Below are positions 56,900-64,000 of a DNA stretch of 64,000 nt, piece after piece (position 1 is the first letter of the stretch; the number at the start of each line of letters is the position of its first letter). Both the position numbers and the translations under genes were made by a program. Below the pieces are notes generated by a model. It saw nothing but the letters and a program-made list of their open reading frames with translations, searched no databases and was not told where the DNA came from. This DNA is from Pavona decussata (lineage: Eukaryota): the NCBI GenBank assembly GCA_977016875.1, contig CDRNST010000250.1:992001-1056000 (forward strand), in the 5' to 3' direction.

Positions 56900-59445
56900 A
56901 ATTAGAGTCAATTTTGGGGGTACGGACACTACAAAAATGGAAAAGGAATGAGCAAACTATAATATACAGGGCTTCACATTCATCCAATCAAGTTAATTCT
57001 GAACCTCTACAAAACAGCATTAAATTATGATATGGGAATGTTTATACAATTCAGCTCTAAGTACAGGGAGGTAAAATAAGATTCTCTTTTAACAGATCTT
57101 GTTTTTTCAGTAGTACATTCACAATAGAAACAACTGCTCGTTCTGTTTTAATGCACAGGCAGTGTGTAAACGTTATGCAATTTAAGTGTTTTGTTTTGCT
57201 GAAACAACAAATGGAAAAGGGGATGAAACATTTTCTAAGGGGGTGGGGGTACAGACACTACAAACTTTGTAACAGAATTAAGTCTCCTCATTCCCAGGCT
57301 CTAAGGTGACCAAAACCTTTATATAACTGGCAAAGTCAACCTAGATAATGAGTTAGTTTATAAAGTATTCCCAACTTTTAATACATTTTTAACAGTGCAA
57401 CAAACTTAATGTCTCAAGGCAACTGTTTGAAAGTATTAAATTGCAAGAATGTTTTTCATAAATTGAATAAAATCGACTTTGTTTGTTGACATTCAGCACT
57501 AATTACTAACTGGCGTGAGTTTTTTTTATAAGGAAATTACATCAGCTTAAGAAAAGAATCTGAAAAGGCTAGAGGATGAGCCTTAAATCCAAAGAACTGG
57601 TGCCTGTTTGTGCTGATGGAGTAGCACAATTCTGGTTGACTAAGACAACAAGAATTTGGGAATAGTTTTCCCATGATATGTCATCATCGGGGGGCCAGAA
57701 ATATAAACTTTCATGTTTATCGTCTTTCTTCATTAATTTCAGTTGTGCCTGCATGGCATCATCGTACATTTCCAGGATTTGTGCGATGAAATGATTGCAA
57801 ACAAACGATATCTTCTCTTCTTATTTGCATTTGAGGTGAAAATGTTATCTTCCCTTCTTTTTTGACCAATACTGCTCCTTTTTCCCGCCGACTCCATTAT
57901 TTTACAACTTGCATAACTTGCAGAGAAATATAAAAATGGTATTACCATTCAAAACAGGCAGGTACAAAAGTTGGACCGGGTCAACTTGGACCGCCAGTCC
58001 GGGTCGGATCAACTCGGATCGCCTCGGATCATGAAAAAAACGTAAAATTAAATGAAATTGAAACTTTTACCCATTTGAAGGTTAAAATTCTGGTCACAAA
58101 TGGGCCAAATTAAGAAAGACTCGAGACGCTTCTCCGTGTCGTGTTGTGTAGTCAAGCCGCCATTTTGTATTCTAAGTGCCAGTTCCTCTCTGACTCGTCT
58201 CGTGTTCATCCATCCCTGATCCAGCGGTGTCGATCACCACGATCATGGACCCAGATGAAGGTAAAATCTAGGCCATCTTTGTCAGTGAATTTTTATCCGT
58301 CCACCAAAAAGATAGTTTCAGTCATAACCCATTTCTGTTTATACGCTACGTGATTTCGCAGAAATTCACTTTACGTCCGTTTGGCTCCTAATTTGGAGAA
58401 CAGGAAGTTGATAGATTTAGCTAAACTTGGCCTGCTTGATGACAAAGGATTTTAGTCCAAAATGGTTGACGTTTTATACGAACGAACTTAAAACGATTTT
58501 CAAAGATCCTGAAGATAGTTTTTTGAGGAGGATGATGATCCAAAAGGTGTTTCAACTAATTTTAATTACTAGATTTTACCTTCATCTTGTGGAGATGATG
58601 GATAAACAGGGATGGATAAACACGAGACGAGTCTGAGAGGAACTGGCACTTAGAGTACAGAATGGCGGCTTGACTACACAGCACAACACGGAGAAACGTT
58701 GCGAGTCTTTCTTAATTTGGCCCATTTTTGACCGAAAAAATAACTTTCAAATGGGCAAAAGTTTCAATTTAATTTAATTTTTTTTTTTTCATGATTCGAG
58801 GCGATCCGAGTCGATCCAAGTTGATCCGAGTTGATCCCACCCGGACTGGCGGTGTGAGTTGATCTGGTCCGACTTTTGTACCTGCCTATTCAAAACAGCA
58901 CATGGAGCTGAGTGCTTGGTAACCAGGTAAACATGGAGGATGATGGTTTCTCAAGTAATTTAGGTATCCAGTTTCTGAGAATAAGTGAATTTTGAATGAA
59001 ATGTCAGATAGTAAGAGATTCTAAACTGTTTTAAGGAAAAAAGGCCTTTATTAAAATCATAATATTCCTATAATCACATTATTTACTTCAGTTCACAAAA
59101 ATGATGTTCTTACTTTATTGTGAGATGTCAAAACCAATAACTGAAGTATGTCAATACTAACATAAAACAAGTATACTAAGTGTATTTCACATGGTCAAAT
59201 ACACCTTTGCATAAAAGTTGCTTTTTATCTGAAGAAAATGTTAAAATTTGATATTGAGGTACAAGGGGTACAGACACTACATTTTGGTACTTGAGTCTAT
59301 TTTCTTGCAATAATTAAAAATCAAAAATCCCCATAAATATCACAGCTGTATTATGTCCAGCCATAGCAAAAAAACTTGTAGAGTTATTTCACATTTCATC
59401 GAGTGGTTCCTTAAAAACACATGGGGGTACGGACACTACAGGATT
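56900..59445. mobile_element. Decayed DNA transposon with four GGGGTAC(G/A)GACACTACA motifs and a transposase C-terminal remnant
   Basis: Motif near 56917, 57246, 59265 and 59424; YFWPPDDDISWENYSQIL at 57569-57769; boundaries uncertain. Confidence 0.45.
57956..58887. mobile_element. Mutator-like foldback element, 932 bp
   Basis: 9-bp TSD ATTCAAAAC (57947-57955, 58888-58896); ~300-bp imperfect TIRs starting AGGCAGGTACAAAAGT. Confidence 0.9.
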
Positions 59446-60120
59446 TTTGGTACTTTTTAACCTTCCACTTTGAATTGCTGTAGAATTTTTTTCTTAATGG
59501 AACAAAGCCAAAGCATCAATTGCCAACAATAAAGGTTTAAAATGTACTTAGAGAAATTTGTAATGATATGATATTGATCCTTTTCAACAAAAGCACATAA
59601 TTTGGAACTAAAGGTTCAAAAATGTTATTTTGCATAACATTGACATGGTTCAGCAAATGAGCTCCAAGTCATAAATAAACTGCGTCAATCACAAAATGCA
59701 TTTTGGGTTAAGTATGTTGACATAATTAAGTATCAAAACATATTATCCTCTTTATCAAACAGAATAGTTTAGCTGCAGTGAAGGAACCAAAAATTGCAAA
59801 TTTCAAGTGACCCTCCACAATGTTAAGAATTCAGCCTATTTTTGACCCCTTGACCTGTTACCGATTTTTGACAATCTGTAATACAGTTGCTGTTTTGTCT
59901 TTAAAATGTTATCCCAGGAGACCTTTGATGATAAAAGGTAGAAAAGTCAAATGAAACAACTCTATTAGAGATTTTTCAGTGTTATAACATGGTCCTTTTG
60001 AACTTTTCCACCCTGATTGTGTTTTTGCCGAATACATCATTCTCATCTTTGGAGGATCTTTAGCAGGTCTTTGAAGATCTTCGAAGATCCTTGAAGATCC
60101 TGTGAGGTTTTTCAAGAGGG

Positions 60121-60450
60121 ATAGGTACTCAACATTAGCAACTGGTATTGCTTTGTCTTTCCAGTGATAAGGAAAATGCGAAACCAACCCTAGAGAAAAA
60201 TTGCAAATGCCTTGAACCATGTGGCGATATCATCAATCCAATGACGTTGCTTTATCGGTCTAAAGGTTGAAGTATTTACCGGAGATGATTTAAGCGACCA
60301 ACTTGGAGGGAACGGGCAAAAAACCCAGTCCAACCATGGATTGTTGATCCAAAGGTGTGGATGCCTGCGGTATAGCCATCGTGGCAAAATTGCAAGTTGC
60401 ACTGGTCGACAAGCTAATGGCACTTGAAGCAAATGGTGGAAGTAACATCA
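60121..60450 (-). pseudogene. DIRS-type gag fragment
   Basis: RHWIDDIATWFKAFAIF..LVSHFPYHWKD. Confidence 0.45.
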
Positions 60451-60858
60451 CTGGTGCAGCAAATGTCAACGCAAAAGACACACGGAAGAAATTGGCCTAC
60501 CTTGAGGCATGTGAGTTGTTGTGAGGCCCTAGGATCCCTGAGCCAAAAGCCAAGAAATTCGTCCCCGACAAATGCAAAGACGCAGGAACGTCCCCAGAAG
60601 AGTTGTAGTTTGTAGAACAGGATGACGGTTGCAGAGATTGCTAGCGTACCTCCCCATAATGTTGGGATCTTTCTGCTGCTATGGCTACTTTCTACTGATC
60701 TGACAGAAAAAAAACCACAAAGTCGTTTCCGAAAAAGTCGCCACCAAAAAAGCGGACCATCGGCTATCATTGGTGTTGTAAGAACTCATCTTGCCACAAG
60801 CAATGTGTCAGTATGCATGGCAATGTGAGGCAACACGAACAAAATGACCTGACCTAAA

Positions 60859-61670
60859 CAGGGGAGATTTAAATTCCCGACAGCCCCTGTGAAGTTGTGC
60901 GGCCACCCCAAATAATTCGAACGGAAACTGCTGGCCAGCAGAGTTTAACTAACCCTAAATTGCTTTTAGCCACATTGAAGACGACTTCAATTTTGGATAA
61001 ATTCTGTTGTCTTGCCCTCTGATCAGTATTCCACCAAAATACAATATCCCTCTCAGAATCAAATTTATGTGAGGAAACGCCATCAATAGCAATTCACAAC
61101 AAGAAGTTTAATGTTACCGAGTCTAACCTTGATCTGTACTGTGTCTTAATCCGGCTCATTCAACTGAAACGACTTTCAAAGCAAGCAGCAAGGACAAGCA
61201 GTATTCCTATCAACATTAAAATGTTGACAAATCTTTCTGTAAAATCGGTAAACAAAAGTCACCACAATGCATGATTTCTGAGGTGTCTGTGGTTATTCTT
61301 CACCAGGACTTTCAAATCCTACCATTCTGCTAGTGCTTCATCTTTGTCAAAATCCTTCCTCTCCAGCAGCTTGTAATAGTGCTGGGCAAGAACATTGATT
61401 TCACTCTCACCATACACTGCTAAATGCTCATCATCATTCGGCCATTGACCAACTTCCAGTACTATATACTGATTAACAGCATCACCATTAGCAGGCTGCT
61501 GAAATTTTCTGACATTTGCACCTGGCTGTGCAAGAAGAACACCTTAGGCTAGTCTGGTTCGCTCAAGTGAATTCTTTACATCACTGACTGCCACCTCATC
61601 GTTATGAAATGTTAGGCTCAATTTCTGAAGCTCATCGAGAATGCCCAGCATGAAAAGCAAGATTATGCAA
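60859..61670 (-). mobile_element. hAT (ZNF862-like) transposase 3' remnant with terminus
   Basis: MLGILDELQKLSLTFH; FESRFS*MSRIKTQYRSRLDSVTLNFLL dimerization motif; CAGGG terminus at 60859. Confidence 0.7.
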
Positions 61671-61699
61671 GTCTTTCTACCTTCTGTTATCTTAGGAAA

Positions 61700-63000
61700 A
61701 TCATTGATTACCTAATTATTCTGATCCACCTTCTATTTTCAATGTCACCATGTACATACTTTTAAAAAAGAGGAGAGGGATGATTATTATGTTTGTTGGC
61801 AACATGCTCTATGAAAGATTTCCATTTTGCCACAATTTCACCAAAACCCTGCTGGTGCATGTTACGCACCAGTGATCACGTGCTCCCTTTACCCAATCAG
61901 CAATCTTTTCGCATCCCTTTTCCTTCCCTAACTTGATCATCTTCTTGGTGATGGATCGAGCAATATGCCAGATATCGTAGAAATGTGCACATCCTGCATG
62001 GTTCTCTCTGATCCACTTTGCAATGCCCCTGTGCCGATCAGAAATAAACACCAAAATCCTCAAACCAACTGAATAGAGGAAGGAAAATGCACGCTTTGCT
62101 CCCTCTAATTCCATCGTTGTATTACCACCAGTCTCATTTGCCTGCATGGTAGCACTTTATTAATCATAAATGTTGTAGACAATGTAGTGAAACAGTGTAA
62201 CACCATAGTTACCTGTCACGGTTTTTTGTAACACATTTTGATCTGGACACTCAGACACTGGGTTGTATTTATTCCTCTACTCCAGTCATCTCCACAGTAC
62301 ACATTAAGGGAATAAAGGTATTAAATAATGGAGAAAGGGATTACTGTTGGGAAAGGGAACATTGGGTTTATGAAGTGTATGCATAATTTATTGCTCCAAA
62401 TCAGACCACTGATCTGGATAAGCTCAAAATGTGCAACTTTGAGAATGGTGTTGCAAAACATAGTATAAACACCATATTTTGCAATGTGACCCATTGAATC
62501 GAATCTGCCATCCCCACTCCAGACCACATCCTTTATGTCCTTGAGCTTCTGAAATAGTGCTGCCCGATAACGTTCCCAATAACTAAGAACTGCTGGAAAC
62601 AAGAAGTTTTTCTGATGGAAGAAGAATGTCGTTGCAGTAAACACCGACAGACCAAACTGTTTGAACACCAACAAGATTTTCCTTATGGATGCTCTAGCCA
62701 TGAGTATACTGAAGCTGAGAAGGACATTCCCAGCTGGGTATCTTTCATTGAACATCATGGGTTGAGACCTCTAGGTGTATGGCTTTTTGTTGCAGCTCTG
62801 GCAGTACTGCTTCACAATTACCATTGTTCCTCTGTGAGTCATAGTCACTCTTGGATTGCTTACTTTGCACTTGAAGCAGAACATGGAAAACAGCCCAAGG
62901 AGATTTGTGAAGAACGCAATAAATTTGGGTTCCTCATAACACAAGGTACCAGGATCAATCCTGAAATATATGTCGTACATAATTTGTCATTTTAATGTAA
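61700..63000 (-). pseudogene. Spliced, decayed Kolobok-type DDE transposase
   Basis: YPAGNVLLS, WSGDGRFDSMGHIAKYGVY, MELEGAKR, FISDRHRGI, HFYDIWH. Confidence 0.7.
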
Positions 63001-64000
63001 GGTATTCCTGGAGGCTGTGGTGACCTTTGCGAATTTCGTTGCTTTTTTCACAACTTAAAGATTATCACTGAAGAAGTTTGTATGCCAAGTTTAACAGCTG
63101 AAAGGCGTTTCGTTTTAGAAATACAAGCAATTGAAGTTTCGTTTCTAAGGATCAATTCCTAGGCAAAATGGCGATACGATACGGGACTAAGAAGTGTTTG
63201 CGCTTGGTGTCTAGTTTCCCGAACATGCCTTGTTTACAGATACATCAAGCAAAACGTTTTGACGAAGAAACGTGAAACCCTCTCAGCCATGGCCTTGTGT
63301 CACGATGGAGCTCTCGCCATGCTTGATGCTAAATTTCAAGAATGCGGGTAAATAAGCACTTTCTTTATGGTGAATTCGCGTTTTCATTCAATGAAGAGGA
63401 TAGCAGTATGTAACATGATCTTGTTTGCCTTTCAGTTTCCAATCTGCGCCTATCGGCCTGAAGAATATTCTCCGGCGTTTCACCAAGAAGCGTGGAGAAA
63501 GCGCCGAAAACGCCAGAAAGCGCTTTTACAAGCGCTTATTTGGTATTCTTTGGGTAAGCCCCTTCTAATTGTTTGCACCATCTTTTGAATAGATTCCCTT
63601 TTTAACTTCAGATAGCTAAAACTGCGCTTGTATCGATCATTCCATCTGAAGCGCACATGCGAGAATCCACGGGACCACGTAATTAGCTGTTTCACGGGCT
63701 AGCAGTTGAGCTCTTATGTTAATTTCCAAAAAAAGCAAAAGAGAAAAATTATTTCCACATGAAAAAAAATAAAATAAAATAATGGAAAAAGTAATCATTT
63801 TGATTCATAATTGAAACCTTCAAATCGTTTTCTAAAATGAGAACTTCAGTTTTCTATTACATTGTCATTTTTACTCAACAGTTTGGAAACAGTGTTGGAA
63901 AAGGGAGGTTCCGGAGGAAAGCTCTCCCAACCTATGTTTATCCCCAATGTATAAAGGATGCCATACGGGAAATACTAGACGAGGATCTCAGGGACTATCA

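Overview
AT-rich eukaryotic DNA, most likely from a stony coral or other cnidarian (inferred from coral-type MITE/SINE families and spliced transposase remnants). The window is almost entirely a nested transposon graveyard, and I see no convincing intact host gene. The centrepiece is a 7.3-kb capsid-less Polinton/adintovirus-like element (5662-13005) with AGTAG termini, ~196-bp TIRs and a CACCTC 6-bp TSD. It carries a pPolB remnant, packaging ATPase, adenain protease, integrase and a frameshifted LRR-mucin-TM receptor-like cargo gene, and it is inserted into an otherwise open piggyBac transposase. Other content: an intact Sola-type transposase with CCGTT subterminal arrays and a related non-autonomous element; a decayed spliced Transib/RAG1-like transposase followed by a HIRAN-domain ORF; Helitron, Harbinger, P, hAT, Kolobok, MULE, DIRS, BEL, Gypsy and Penelope remnants; several LINEs (one near-full L2 ORF2); tRNA-derived repeats; and many MITEs. 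All family assignments come from motif recognition by eye, not database searches.
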